From: Clostridia bacterium
GTDB taxonomy: Bacteria > Bacillota > Clostridia > Christensenellales > DTU072
Direction: 5' to 3'
DNA length: 64,000 bases
Assembly (NCBI GenBank): GCA_045601385.1
Contig: JAZRZM010000049.1
Coordinates: 5,874 to 69,873 of the forward strand
Positions 26,638-35,686 of this stretch are shown here, piece by piece; position 1 is the first letter of the stretch, and each line of letters opens with the position of its first letter. Made by a program: the position numbers and the translations under genes. The notes under the pieces are model-generated. The model was not told the origin of the DNA. It ran no database searches and was given only the letters and a program-made list of their open reading frames with translations.

Positions 26638-26991
26638 TCAGTCTTCTACGACTATTTTCCATTCTCCGACATACATATCGTCGCGTTCTTCGACGGTATA
26701 CACTTTGACGGTGTACGTTCCCGCTTCGGTAAATTTGCCGTCCTTGTCGAGTTTAAGGGCGTCTGCGTCGTCTCCGACAAAGACGAGGTTTTTGTCTACG
26801 TTATACGTTTTTTCGTTCGCGGTGGCGGTGACGGTGATGTCGCCGGAAGCGTAAACGTCGCCGATCTTGTACGTTTTTTCGGCGATAACGAAGTCGTGGA
26901 GATCGCTTGCGTCGTCTTTGCAGGCGACGAGAGCAAAGCAGGATACGGTAAGCACGATGATCAGTGCGATGACGGTGATTGTTTTCTTCAT
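26638..26991 (-). CDS. small lipoprotein with a single Ig-like/MBG-like domain
   Basis: AAGGAG RBS. Lipobox LTVSCFALVAC. The GTYTVKVYTVEE segment resembles MBG/Big-type beta-sandwich repeats. Confidence 0.6.
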   Translation of the reverse strand: MKKTITVIALIIVLTVSCFALVACKDDASDLHDFVIAEKTYKIGDVYASGDITVTATANEKTYNVDKNLVFVGDDADALKLDKDGKFTEAGTYTVKVYTVEERDDMYVGEWKIVVED

Positions 26992-27102
26992 AAATTCTCC
27001 TTATAGTCCATTTCGATAAATGGATATATATATATTCTCAAACTAATTATATAGATAAAACGCGTTTTTGTCAATGTCGCGTCGGCACTTTCCCGAAAAA
27101 AC

Positions 27103-27130
27103 TTGAAAAAAAATATCCTTGTAGTATAAT
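27103..27130 (+). promoter_or_regulatory. promoter positioned for a leaderless transcript of the 27137 gene
   Basis: TTGAAA (27103-27108), 16-nt spacer, TATAAT (27125-27130). The A of the ATG lies 7 nt after the -10. No Shine-Dalgarno in between (ATACCT). Confidence 0.5.
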
Positions 27131-27136
27131 ATACCT

Positions 27137-28042
27137 ATGGAAAAATATTTGCCCGAGGGCTTTTCGGTCGGACATGCGAACGACGAATACACCGGAGTCA
27201 CCTGCGTCCTTTGCAAAGAAGGCGCCGTCGCGGGATGCGACGTGAGAGGCGGCGGACCGGGTACGCACGAAACGGATTTGTTAAAGAACGAAAAAGCAAT
27301 GGAAAAAATAAACGCCGTTCTTCTTTGCGGTGGCTCTGCTTACGGACTCGGCGCCGTGGCGGGCGTGATGGAAGAACTGCGCTTGCAAAACGTCGGGTTT
27401 CCGGTGGGCGATAAAGTCGTGCCCATCGTCTGCGGCGCGGTCATATTCGATCTGAACGACAAAGACTATCACTATCCGGACAAAACGTTCGGACAGACCG
27501 CCGTAAAAAACGCGACGGACATGCCCGTCTTCGGAGACGTCGGCGTCGGGAAAGGTGCGACGGTCGGTAAAATACGCGGTATGGATTACGCGTGCAAAAG
27601 CGGAATCGGTATCGGTACGGTGACGGTAGGAAAAAGCACGGTGACGTGCCTTGTCTGCGTCAATGCGCTCGGCGATATTATCGACGAAAAGACGGGAGCG
27701 GTTTTGCTCGGCGCACGGAAAGAAAACGGCTTTCTGAATACGACCGACTATATCCTGTCGGGTAACGACGCTTCGGGAGTATTTGGCAAAAACACAACGA
27801 TAGGGTGCCTGATGACGGACGCTACGGTTACCAAAGTGCAGGCAAATAAACTCGCTTCTATCGCGCATAACGGACTTGCGAGGACGATTTCGCCCGTGCA
27901 TACCGACCTTGACGGCGATACGATTTTTTGTATGGCGAGTTGTAAAAACGGCGAGGAAGACTTCTTGCAGATGGAAGTCGCCGCGCAAAAAGCCGTCGCG
28001 CTTGCCGTCCGCGACTGCGCGACAAGATCAATCGGAAAATAA
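27137..28042 (+). CDS. P1/S58 (DmpA-type) family aminopeptidase
   Basis: [42 protein letters not shown] is the typical family N-terminus. 301 aa. Confidence 0.8.
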   Translation: MEKYLPEGFSVGHANDEYTGVTCVLCKEGAVAGCDVRGGGPGTHETDLLKNEKAMEKINAVLLCGGSAYGLGAVAGVMEELRLQNVGFPVGDKVVPIVCGAVIFDLNDKDYHYPDKTFGQTAVKNATDMPVFGDVGVGKGATVGKIRGMDYACKSGIGIGTVTVGKSTVTCLVCVNALGDIIDEKTGAVLLGARKENGFLNTTDYILSGNDASGVFGKNTTIGCLMTDATVTKVQANKLASIAHNGLARTISPVHTDLDGDTIFCMASCKNGEEDFLQMEVAAQKAVALAVRDCATRSIGK

Positions 28043-28064
28043 TAAAAAAAGGAGATATATCACT

Positions 28065-28601
28065 ATGAACAAGTATCAAGGGACACAAACGGAAAAGAAC
28101 CTTCTTGCGGCATTTGCCGGCGAATCGCAGGCGAGAAACAAGTACACCTATTTTGCTTCCGCCGCCAAGAAAGAGGGGTTCGAGCAGATCTCGGCTATCT
28201 TTACCAAAACCGCCGATAACGAGAAAGAACACGCGAAAATGTGGTTCAAAGAACTGAACGGTATCGGATCGACCGCCGACAACCTCGCCGCCGCCGCAGA
28301 CGGAGAAAACTTCGAGTGGACGGATATGTACGAGGGTTTTGCCAAGACCGCCGAAGCGGAAGGTTTTGCCGATCTTGCCAAAAAGTTCCGCATGGTCGGT
28401 GCCATCGAAAAAGCGCATGAAGAACGCTACCGCGCCCTGCTTAACAACGTCGAAACGGCGAAAGTCTTTGAAAAAAGCGAAGTAAAGGTGTGGGAATGCA
28501 GAAACTGCGGACATATCGTCGTCGGTACGAAAGCGCCCGAAGTATGCCCCGTTTGCAACCACCCGCAAGCCTATTTTGAAGTAAAGGAAAACAATTATTG
28601 A
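28065..28601 (+). CDS. rbr: rubrerythrin
   Basis: ATG 28065 after AAAGGAG. The N-terminus is ferritin-like ([23 protein letters not shown] ... EKEHAKMW). The C-terminus is rubredoxin-like (CRNCGH...CPVCNH). Confidence 0.9.
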   Translation: MNKYQGTQTEKNLLAAFAGESQARNKYTYFASAAKKEGFEQISAIFTKTADNEKEHAKMWFKELNGIGSTADNLAAAADGENFEWTDMYEGFAKTAEAEGFADLAKKFRMVGAIEKAHEERYRALLNNVETAKVFEKSEVKVWECRNCGHIVVGTKAPEVCPVCNHPQAYFEVKENNY

Positions 28602-28659
28602 GAAAATAAGAAAAAGCGCTAACAACGCTTTTTTTTATGTCCAAAAGGAGAACCAACCT

Positions 28660-31600
28660 GTGAAAAAGAAAGTTTTTGCCATGGCGACAGCCCACCTCGA
28701 CACCGTTTATAAGTGGCCTTTGGAGCGTTCTCTGAACGATTTTATTCCGAAGACGCTGAACGAGAATTTCAAACTGTTTGAAAAATATCCTCATTACCGT
28801 TTTAACTTCGAGGGCGCGTATCGGTACGAATTGATGGAGGAGTATTACCCCGAGTCGTTTGAAAAAATCAAAGAGTACGTCGCGCAAGGCAAATGGAATC
28901 CCGTCGGCAGTTCGTACGAAAACGGGGACGTCAACGTGCCGTCTCCCGAAGCGCTTTTCCGCAATATTCTGTACGGAAACGGCTATTACGAAAAGGTTTT
29001 CGGTTTAAGGAGCCGCGATATATTTTTGCCCGACTGCTTCGGGTTCGGGTATGCCTTGCCGTCGATTATGAGCCACGCGGACTTGCGGGGGTTTACCACG
29101 CAAAAGTTGACTTGGGGTTGCACGAAGGGCATTCCTTTTCACATCGGCAGGTGGTACGGCGTAGACGGGAGTTGGGTGTACGCCGCCGTCGATCTCAATC
29201 AATACAACCGCGACCTTAATTTTGATTTTATCCGTAAAAGATTGGACGGCAACGCGAAGAAAGGATTGGACGTCGCAGCCATTTATCACGGCACGGGCGA
29301 TAAAGGAGGCGCGCCGAGTGAAAAGTCTGTTCAGGCTTCCGAAAAAGCGATTTCGGATAGCGAAAAGAACGGTTTTGAATTTGTAAACGCCACGCCCGAC
29401 GAGTTGTTCGATTACATAGATTCTTTACCCGAAGATAAAAAGAGGGTTTTACCCGAACACATGGACGAACTGACGATGATATATCACGGTGCGGGCAGTT
29501 ACACCGCGCGCGCCATTTCGAAGAGGTGGAATAAGCGTAATGAGATCCTTGCCGGTATGTGTGAAAGCGCGTCCGTTTTCGCCGAGATTCTCGGTCAAAA
29601 AGATTATCCGAAAGAAGCGATCGATTCCGCGTGGAAACGCGTCATAAAGCACCAATTCCACGACGATATTACCGGTACGAGTCTGCAAGAAACGTACAAA
29701 AGATCGTGGAACGACTATGGCGTATCTCTGAATGTGTTTGCCAATGAATACAACGCCGCGTGCGAAAAAATCGTTTCCCGAATGGATACGACGGGAGACG
29801 GCCTTGTCGTCGTCGTTCATAACCCCGTCGAATACAATAGCGACGGGATACTGCGCGTTACGACCGATTTTAAGTCGGAATACGTTTGCGTTCGCAATGC
29901 GAAAGGGCAAGAAGTGCCGTCCCAGATAGCGGGCGGCGTCGTCCTTTTTAAGGCGTCGGTCGCGCCGTGCGGATTTGAAAAATACGTCCTGACTGAAGCG
30001 GAAAAACCTTATGCCGATTCCGCTTTGAAAGTCTCTTCGGACGCTCTTGAAAACCAAAAATATTCGGTGAAACTTGACAAAAACGGCGATATTTGTTCGA
30101 TTTTCGATAAACGTCTCGGTAAGGAAATGCTGCGCGAGCCACTTTCGTACGACATTTTCCCATACAACGGCGATCATGAGTTCCCCGCATGGACGATTCG
30201 GTATTCGGCGCTGAAACGCAAGCCTGTCAAGCCGCAATTTGTTTCGGCGCAGGTTATCGAGGACGGCGCGGCGCGCGTTGCCGTTCGGATCACGCAGAAG
30301 CACGGGAAATCGCTTATACGTTTTACCGTTTCCCTTGCCGACGGCGGCGAAGCGGTGGAGATAAGAGAGGAAACCGACTGGCGCAGTTTCCGTCGCCTTG
30401 TCAAACGGCGTTTTTCGTTTACTTGCGGCAACGGGCAAGCGACCTACGACTTGGGGTTGGGCGCGATATCGCGCGGCAATAATACGCCCAAGTGCTACGA
30501 AGTACCGGCGCAGAATTGGGCGGATATTACCGATAAGTCGGGAAAATACGGCGCGACCGTATTCAGCGAATGTAAATTCGGTTGGGACAAACCCGACGAA
30601 TGTACCCTGCGTTCGACGGTTTTGCACGCGCCGCGATATAACCACGTCCCGAAAGACTCGGCGCAGAGCAAAATGGAAATGGGCTTGAATCGCTATGCGT
30701 ACGCCGTTTTTTCTCACGAAGGCGCGGTCGGAAAAGAAACGCAGAAAAAAGCGAAGAATTTTGTCACGCCGATGACCTGTTTCGTCTGTAAAAAACACGA
30801 CGGAGTCCTCGGCTCGGCGTATAGCCCGATCGGTCTTTCCGACGACGGCGTTCTTCTGCGCGCGCTGAAAAAATCGGAAGACGGTCTTGGCTACGTCGTA
30901 CGGTTTGGCGAGGGCGAAAACAAGGATCATTCTTCCGTTCGGTTCCGCCTCGGCTCGGGCATACAAAAAGCCGTCGAAGTCTTCGCTTCCGAAAAGCCGC
31001 GGCAAAACGCGACCGTGGAAAACGGCGAACTTGTCTTCGATATGAAGCCGTACGAAGTCAAGTCTTTCTTACTGTTTGTTCAAAAAGACGAATCGACAAA
31101 AAGCGACGACGTTTGTCTTGCTTTGCCCGATTCTTTCGATCCGACCACCCCGAACGATAATCGGAAAAACGTTATCAAAAACACCGATTTCAGTCTCCCA
31201 AAAGAGTTATGGAAGGATACCGTAACATGCGGAAACGTCCTTTTTGAGACGTCGGCGACAATAGCCGACGGACAAAAAGTCATCCTGCCGACAGGGACGG
31301 AAAGGCTGTTTTTCCTTGCCTCTTCTTTGCAGGAGGGGAAGACGGCATGTTTCAAAGTCGGCGCACAAGAAAAACAGATCCGTATCGCCGCCGCAAGGGA
31401 GCGGCTTGCACGGTGGGATCTTATCGGCGCGAAAGAACTTGCCTCCGTCGGTCTCGATACGGTCGCCGAAGAGTTTACGCACACCCACTCCGTTTCGGGT
31501 GATAACCGCGGCAATATTTTCTATGTTTTTTGTTACGAACTTGACGTGAGCGGCGCGGAAGAAATTACTTTGCCGCAGGATAGCGACATCGCATTTTTCG

Positions 31601-31749
31601 GTATGACCGCTTCCCGTCGTGAAAAAAGTTGCGTCCCCTGCGGCGTATGGTACGATACCGCGCCCGAGGGAAGATCGTTCGACTACAAGGATGATTTTAT
31701 TTCTTTCTTCCACGAGTTGAAAAGAAAACTGTTTGGCAAGACTTTTTGA
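28660..31749 (+). CDS. glycoside hydrolase family 38 alpha-mannosidase
   Basis: GTG start after AAGGAG. N-terminal ATAHLDTVYKW metal-site motif. 1029 aa with GH38-like architecture (N-terminal catalytic, central and C-terminal beta domains). Confidence 0.8.
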   Translation: MKKKVFAMATAHLDTVYKWPLERSLNDFIPKTLNENFKLFEKYPHYRFNFEGAYRYELMEEYYPESFEKIKEYVAQGKWNPVGSSYENGDVNVPSPEALFRNILYGNGYYEKVFGLRSRDIFLPDCFGFGYALPSIMSHADLRGFTTQKLTWGCTKGIPFHIGRWYGVDGSWVYAAVDLNQYNRDLNFDFIRKRLDGNAKKGLDVAAIYHGTGDKGGAPSEKSVQASEKAISDSEKNGFEFVNATPDELFDYIDSLPEDKKRVLPEHMDELTMIYHGAGSYTARAISKRWNKRNEILAGMCESASVFAEILGQKDYPKEAIDSAWKRVIKHQFHDDITGTSLQETYKRSWNDYGVSLNVFANEYNAACEKIVSRMDTTGDGLVVVVHNPVEYNSDGILRVTTDFKSEYVCVRNAKGQEVPSQIAGGVVLFKASVAPCGFEKYVLTEAEKPYADSALKVSSDALENQKYSVKLDKNGDICSIFDKRLGKEMLREPLSYDIFPYNGDHEFPAWTIRYSALKRKPVKPQFVSAQVIEDGAARVAVRITQKHGKSLIRFTVSLADGGEAVEIREETDWRSFRRLVKRRFSFTCGNGQATYDLGLGAISRGNNTPKCYEVPAQNWADITDKSGKYGATVFSECKFGWDKPDECTLRSTVLHAPRYNHVPKDSAQSKMEMGLNRYAYAVFSHEGAVGKETQKKAKNFVTPMTCFVCKKHDGVLGSAYSPIGLSDDGVLLRALKKSEDGLGYVVRFGEGENKDHSSVRFRLGSGIQKAVEVFASEKPRQNATVENGELVFDMKPYEVKSFLLFVQKDESTKSDDVCLALPDSFDPTTPNDNRKNVIKNTDFSLPKELWKDTVTCGNVLFETSATIADGQKVILPTGTERLFFLASSLQEGKTACFKVGAQEKQIRIAAARERLARWDLIGAKELASVGLDTVAEEFTHTHSVSGDNRGNIFYVFCYELDVSGAEEITLPQDSDIAFFGMTASRREKSCVPCGVWYDTAPEGRSFDYKDDFISFFHELKRKLFGKTF

Positions 31750-31827
31750 CGATTTATCGCAAAAAAAGAAACGGTCCCGAAAGAGTAATCGGAACCGTTT
31801 TTTATTGTCTTTTGTCGTAACTTTTTT

Positions 31828-33222
31828 TTACAGTTTTGTCACCAGGACGCCTTCGCGCGTATCTTTGATAGCGTACCCGAGGGCTTCGATTTCGGCGCGA
31901 ATTTTGTCGGCGCGGTCAAAGTCTTTTTCTTTTTTGGCGTTTTTTCGTTCTTCGATGAGGTCGGCGACTTCTTTGGGATAATCGCACGACGCGTTTTCCT
32001 GCTTGGGCGGTTGGACTTTGTCAAAGCCGAGCCCGAACACGCGGTCGAAATCAAGCGCGAGCGCGTAGACGTCTTTGCTCTTCGGTTCTTTCAAAAGATT
32101 AAACAGTATGCCGAGCGCCAGCGGAATGTTCAGATCGTCGTTGATCGCTTCGCAGAACTTTTGCTTGTAAGAGGCGAGTTTTTCCTCGTCGGCGGCGACG
32201 TCGGCGATTTTGTGCTGATACAGTTGCGCCATAATTCTTTCACGGCTCGTTTTTGCCGAGGTCAGTCCCTCGAAAGTAAAGTTGAGTTTGTTCCGGTAAT
32301 GGGCGTTCAGGCAGAAGAAACGGTAGTCGATCGGATCGTATCCTTTTTCGCGCAGTTGAGCGATGGTGTACACGTTGCCGAGGCTTTTGCTCATTTTGCC
32401 GCCGTCTACCATCATAAATTCGCCGTGCATCCAGTAATTGACCGTCTTTTTGCCGGCGCGCGCTTCGTTTTGCGCAATTTCGTTTTCATGGTGAACGGGA
32501 ACGGCGTCGATACCGCCCGAATGAATGTCGAACACTTCGCCGAGATATTTGCGGCTCATCGCGCTGCATTCGATATGCCAACCGGGGAAACCCATTCCCC
32601 ACGGGCTTTCCCATTGCATAATGTGGTTTTTATCGGCTTTTTTCCACAGCGCAAAGTCCGCCGGATGGCGTTTTTCACTGTTTTCTTCGACGCGTGCGCC
32701 CGCTTCTTTATCGTCGAGCGTCTGTCCCGACAGTTGACCGTACGTGGGAAACTTTTGAATATCGAAGTAAATGCCGTCGGTTATTTCGTATGCGTAGCCT
32801 TTTTCGAGCAGGGCTTGGACGAATTCGATCATTTCCGGTATATGCTCGGTGGCTTTTGCGATGATTTCGGGGCGGCCGATATGAAGCGCGTCGATATCCT
32901 TAAAGAAAACGTCGGTGTAGTACGCGGCGATTTCCCACGGCGTTTTTTTCTGTTCGCGCGCGGCTTTCGCCATTTTGTCTTCGCCTTCGTCTCCGTCCGA
33001 AAGGAGATGTCCTACGTCGGTGATGTTCATCACGCCTTTTATTTTATAACCGTCGTAGCGCAGAACCCGACGGATGATGTCCATAAAAATATAGGTGCGC
33101 AGGTTGCCGATATGGGCATAACTGTATACCGTCGGACCGCACGAATACATGCGGACGCATTTTTCGTCAACGGGGACGAATTCTTCTTTCTTTCTCGATA
33201 AAGTATTATAAACTTTCAGCAT
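31828..33222 (-). CDS. cysS: cysteine--tRNA ligase
   Basis: HIGH-type motif YAHIGNLR and KMSKS motif GKMSKSLGN. 464 aa. Confidence 0.92.
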   Translation of the reverse strand: MLKVYNTLSRKKEEFVPVDEKCVRMYSCGPTVYSYAHIGNLRTYIFMDIIRRVLRYDGYKIKGVMNITDVGHLLSDGDEGEDKMAKAAREQKKTPWEIAAYYTDVFFKDIDALHIGRPEIIAKATEHIPEMIEFVQALLEKGYAYEITDGIYFDIQKFPTYGQLSGQTLDDKEAGARVEENSEKRHPADFALWKKADKNHIMQWESPWGMGFPGWHIECSAMSRKYLGEVFDIHSGGIDAVPVHHENEIAQNEARAGKKTVNYWMHGEFMMVDGGKMSKSLGNVYTIAQLREKGYDPIDYRFFCLNAHYRNKLNFTFEGLTSAKTSRERIMAQLYQHKIADVAADEEKLASYKQKFCEAINDDLNIPLALGILFNLLKEPKSKDVYALALDFDRVFGLGFDKVQPPKQENASCDYPKEVADLIEERKNAKKEKDFDRADKIRAEIEALGYAIKDTREGVLVTKL

Positions 33223-33450
33223 AATTACATCCTTATTATAATATTATGTACTGCACTTCCCGTTTTTGTCAGCGTAAATAGGCGTGCTTAGGACGATCGG
33301 AGTGACATAAGTGCGCTTAGTTTTTGCGAAAACGGAGCGTAGGCGTACTGACGTACGGTAGTCGACGTTTTCACAAAAGCCGACAAAAACTACAATTGTA
33401 ATCCGTATTCTTATTTTCGTCGGCGTAAATAGGCGTGCTTAGGGCACTCC

Positions 33451-34863
33451 TTATTGGGGGTTCTTTTTGCGGTTGAACGGATCGTGAACCTTGTTGCCTT
33501 TGGGCAGGTGCGTGGGCAGTTTCTTAAAGCGGTTTCTGAACAGGAACGGTAAGATGAGCAGAAGTACGCACAGTACTGCGGGCAGCAAGTAGGTAAGGGA
33601 TAGTCCCACCGTCTGAATCGGTCCTTGTTCGGCGACGTCTTCGGCAAACTCGACGACCGCAAAAGCGTCCGCGCCGGACAGTCCGGTAAAGTATAACTTC
33701 AAAGCGGTGCCGAGGGCGGTTCCTTCGCACGAAGCAAGCGCGGGACAAATCATCGCCAGCGCGCTCATCAGTAGGGTAAACAGCGTCGTGCCGTGGATCC
33801 TTCTCGACGTATATGTAAACAGGCGGATAAGGTTCATTACAAACAGTACGATCGTCATCAGGAAAGCGACGATGGTAAACATAATCGTTCCGTATACGCC
33901 GATGTGGTTATAGATGACGCCGAAATCGTATTCGCCGTTTTCGTTCTTCTGAATTTTCAGATCGTCCGCTTTTGTTCCCGACAAAAATACCTGATAATAG
34001 ACGCTGTCGCCTTGGAAGAAAGGCAGATTCTCGATAAAGTCGATTCTCGTCTTGGCAAGCATCTTGGTCTTAAACCACGCTTTCACGATGTCGGCGGTGT
34101 CGATATAGAGCATCGTGCAACCGACGTCGCGGTACAAATCGACCGTCTCGGGTACTTGCGGATCGTCCGAATCCTCGGGATAAAACTCGAAAGGAACGCC
34201 GTCTTCTATTTCCCAGCCCGTCTCCGATATGTCGGCGTCATAAATGCCTCGAGGCCAGTTGCCGTCGTTGGGGATAATGAAGTGGGTGTAGTCGGCGGGA
34301 AAACCGTTTTCGTCCTCTTCTTCGGACAAAGGTCCGATGCGGTACATGACGAAAGTGCCGAAGTCGATGCCGATCGTGTCCGTTATCGTTTGGTTAATAT
34401 CTTTGGGGAAGAAAAAGCCGACGATGAAGCAGAGCGCAAGCAGCGCGGACAAAATCGTCATAATCAGCGGCAGAGCAAAGCCGTAGTATCTCTTTTTACG
34501 GAACGCCGACTCGTAGTCGAAGTCCATATTGTTATAACTGTTGTTATAGATCTTGCCGCCGCTGACCGAGGCGTAAGCGCGGGTGGAAAGCGTCTGCTCT
34601 TGCGACAAAGCCGCCGCCGCTTTCAGTTCGTTAAAAATAATATCGCCGTTATAAGAACCCGTTTCGACTTTTTTGAGCATGGCTTTATAGTGGTCTTTGT
34701 TCTTTTTCAGACGCGACCTTTCGTACGGTGTTTCACACTCGCGCAGAGCCACCGTCATTTCTTTGATTTTCCGACGAAGTAATTCCGCCAAAGCCACGTC
34801 GTCCTGTTCGTTCCACAGTTGCGACTTTCTGGCGTTTGCCACGTTGCGGACCTTAACTGCCAT
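33451..34863 (-). CDS. polytopic membrane protein of unknown function
   Basis: AGGAGG RBS. Charged helical ~130-aa N-terminus, then about 5 TM segments with a large acidic loop (residues ~170-330). No recognisable family. Confidence 0.6.
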   Translation of the reverse strand: MAVKVRNVANARKSQLWNEQDDVALAELLRRKIKEMTVALRECETPYERSRLKKNKDHYKAMLKKVETGSYNGDIIFNELKAAAALSQEQTLSTRAYASVSGGKIYNNSYNNMDFDYESAFRKKRYYGFALPLIMTILSALLALCFIVGFFFPKDINQTITDTIGIDFGTFVMYRIGPLSEEEDENGFPADYTHFIIPNDGNWPRGIYDADISETGWEIEDGVPFEFYPEDSDDPQVPETVDLYRDVGCTMLYIDTADIVKAWFKTKMLAKTRIDFIENLPFFQGDSVYYQVFLSGTKADDLKIQKNENGEYDFGVIYNHIGVYGTIMFTIVAFLMTIVLFVMNLIRLFTYTSRRIHGTTLFTLLMSALAMICPALASCEGTALGTALKLYFTGLSGADAFAVVEFAEDVAEQGPIQTVGLSLTYLLPAVLCVLLLILPFLFRNRFKKLPTHLPKGNKVHDPFNRKKNPQ

Positions 34864-34918
34864 GTTTTCCTCCTTGCTGTCAAGTCGACGAATCGAAATA
34901 ACATAGTTATACGCTTAT

Positions 34919-34947
34919 ATTATAATACTATATTCATTATTTTGCAA
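34919..34947 (-). promoter_or_regulatory. sigma-70-type promoter for the 33451..34863 gene
   Basis: On the minus strand: TTGCAA (34947-34942), 17-nt spacer, TATAAT (34924-34919), about 55 nt upstream of the ATG. Confidence 0.5.
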
Positions 34948-34980
34948 GAGGAAAAAATCACTTTTTCGGGAGCGGCGATA

Positions 34981-35336
34981 GCACTCTTTTTTACGTTCGC
35001 AAAAAAAATAATATATTATATAACATGCGTTATCGTCGGTTATCGAAAGAGGACAAAAATCATAGTTTTTGCGAACTTCCGCAAAAATTGCGAACGCAGT
35101 AGTCCGCTACAGCTGTCCTTATTTTCGCGGAAAAAAAGCGCACTCTTGCCGCTCCCCCGCACCGCACTCTTTTTTACGTTTGCAAAAACAAAAAATAATG
35201 CGGCGTACCATACGATATTATCGTTCGAAAAAGAGGATAAAAATCATAGTTTTTGCGAACTTCCGCAAAAATTGCGAACGCAGTAGTCCGCCACAGCAGT
35301 CCTTATTTTCGCGGAAAAAAAGCGCACTCTTGCCGC
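34981..35336. repeat. two tandem copies of a ~183-bp non-coding unit
   Basis: Units at 34981-35152 and 35164-35336. The 3' ~105 bp are near identical (..AAAATCATAGTTTTTGCGAACTTCCGCAAAAATTGCGAACGCAGTAGTCCGC.ACAGC.GTCCTTATTTTCGCGGAAAAAAAGCGCACTCTTGCCGC). The period is not a multiple of 3. Each unit holds a perfect 8-bp hairpin TTTTTGCG-AACTTC-CGCAAAAA (35066-35087 and 35249-35270). Confidence 0.85.
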
Positions 35337-35450
35337 ATCACTGCCGTAAGGCAATATAACTGCCGCAGGCAATATCACTGCCGCAAGGCAATATCACTGC
35401 CGTAAGGCAATATCACTCGCCGCAAGGCGAATATCGCTTCCCGAACGGCG
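35329..35450. repeat. array of 5-6 direct 18-21-bp units, each containing a short palindrome/mini-hairpin
   Basis: Units begin at 35341, 35360, 35378, 35397 and 35416: CTGCCGTAAGGCAATATAA / CTGCCGCAGGCAATATCA / CTGCCGCAAGGCAATATCA / CTGCCGTAAGGCAATATCA / CTCGCCGCAAGGCGAATATCG. A degenerate unit lies on each side. Stem TGCC/GGCA closes GTAA or GCAA (GNRA-type) loops. Confidence 0.85.
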
Positions 35451-35565
35451 CGTACGGTTGCCCGAACCGTTTCGTTGGGGATAGGAATCGCCGTTTCCGG
35501 CAAAATATGTTGCCGTCGCTACAAAATAATTTTTTTGGGTTGTAGTGTAATATTTTTGCAAAAAA

Positions 35566-35654
35566 CCACTATATCTTGTGCGTTAAAAAAAAATTACGAT
35601 AATTTCGTATATGTGACAAAATCACTATACAATTTATTTTTCCTATGGTATAAT
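35566..35654 (+). promoter_or_regulatory. nrdG-nrdD promoter with candidate NrdR boxes
   Basis: Extended -10 TGGTATAAT (35646-35654) and -35-like TATACA (35626-35631). CCACTATATCTTGTGC (35566-35581) matches the NrdR-box consensus acaCwAtATaTwGtgt, as I recall it, at 13/16. A weaker box TCACTATACAATTTAT (35622-35637, 11/16) overlaps the -35. Confidence 0.45.
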
Positions 35655-35686
35655 CCATAAAGAAACAAAATTGGGGAGGCGCGGTC

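Noticed and set aside
33223-33450. T-box riboswitch upstream of cysS (and likewise upstream of proS, 26622-27000)
   Set aside because: No T-box sequence (AAnnnGGGTGGTACCGCG-like) or specifier/antiterminator arrangement was found on the coding strand. proS is separated by only 16 nt from the upstream lipoprotein gene.
34819-35359. Track ORFs 34819..35286 (155 aa) and 35069..35359 (96 aa) in the repeat-rich spacer
   Set aside because: They read straight through the 183-bp tandem repeats, whose period is not divisible by 3. They have no RBS and overlap each other in different frames. The region is treated as non-coding.
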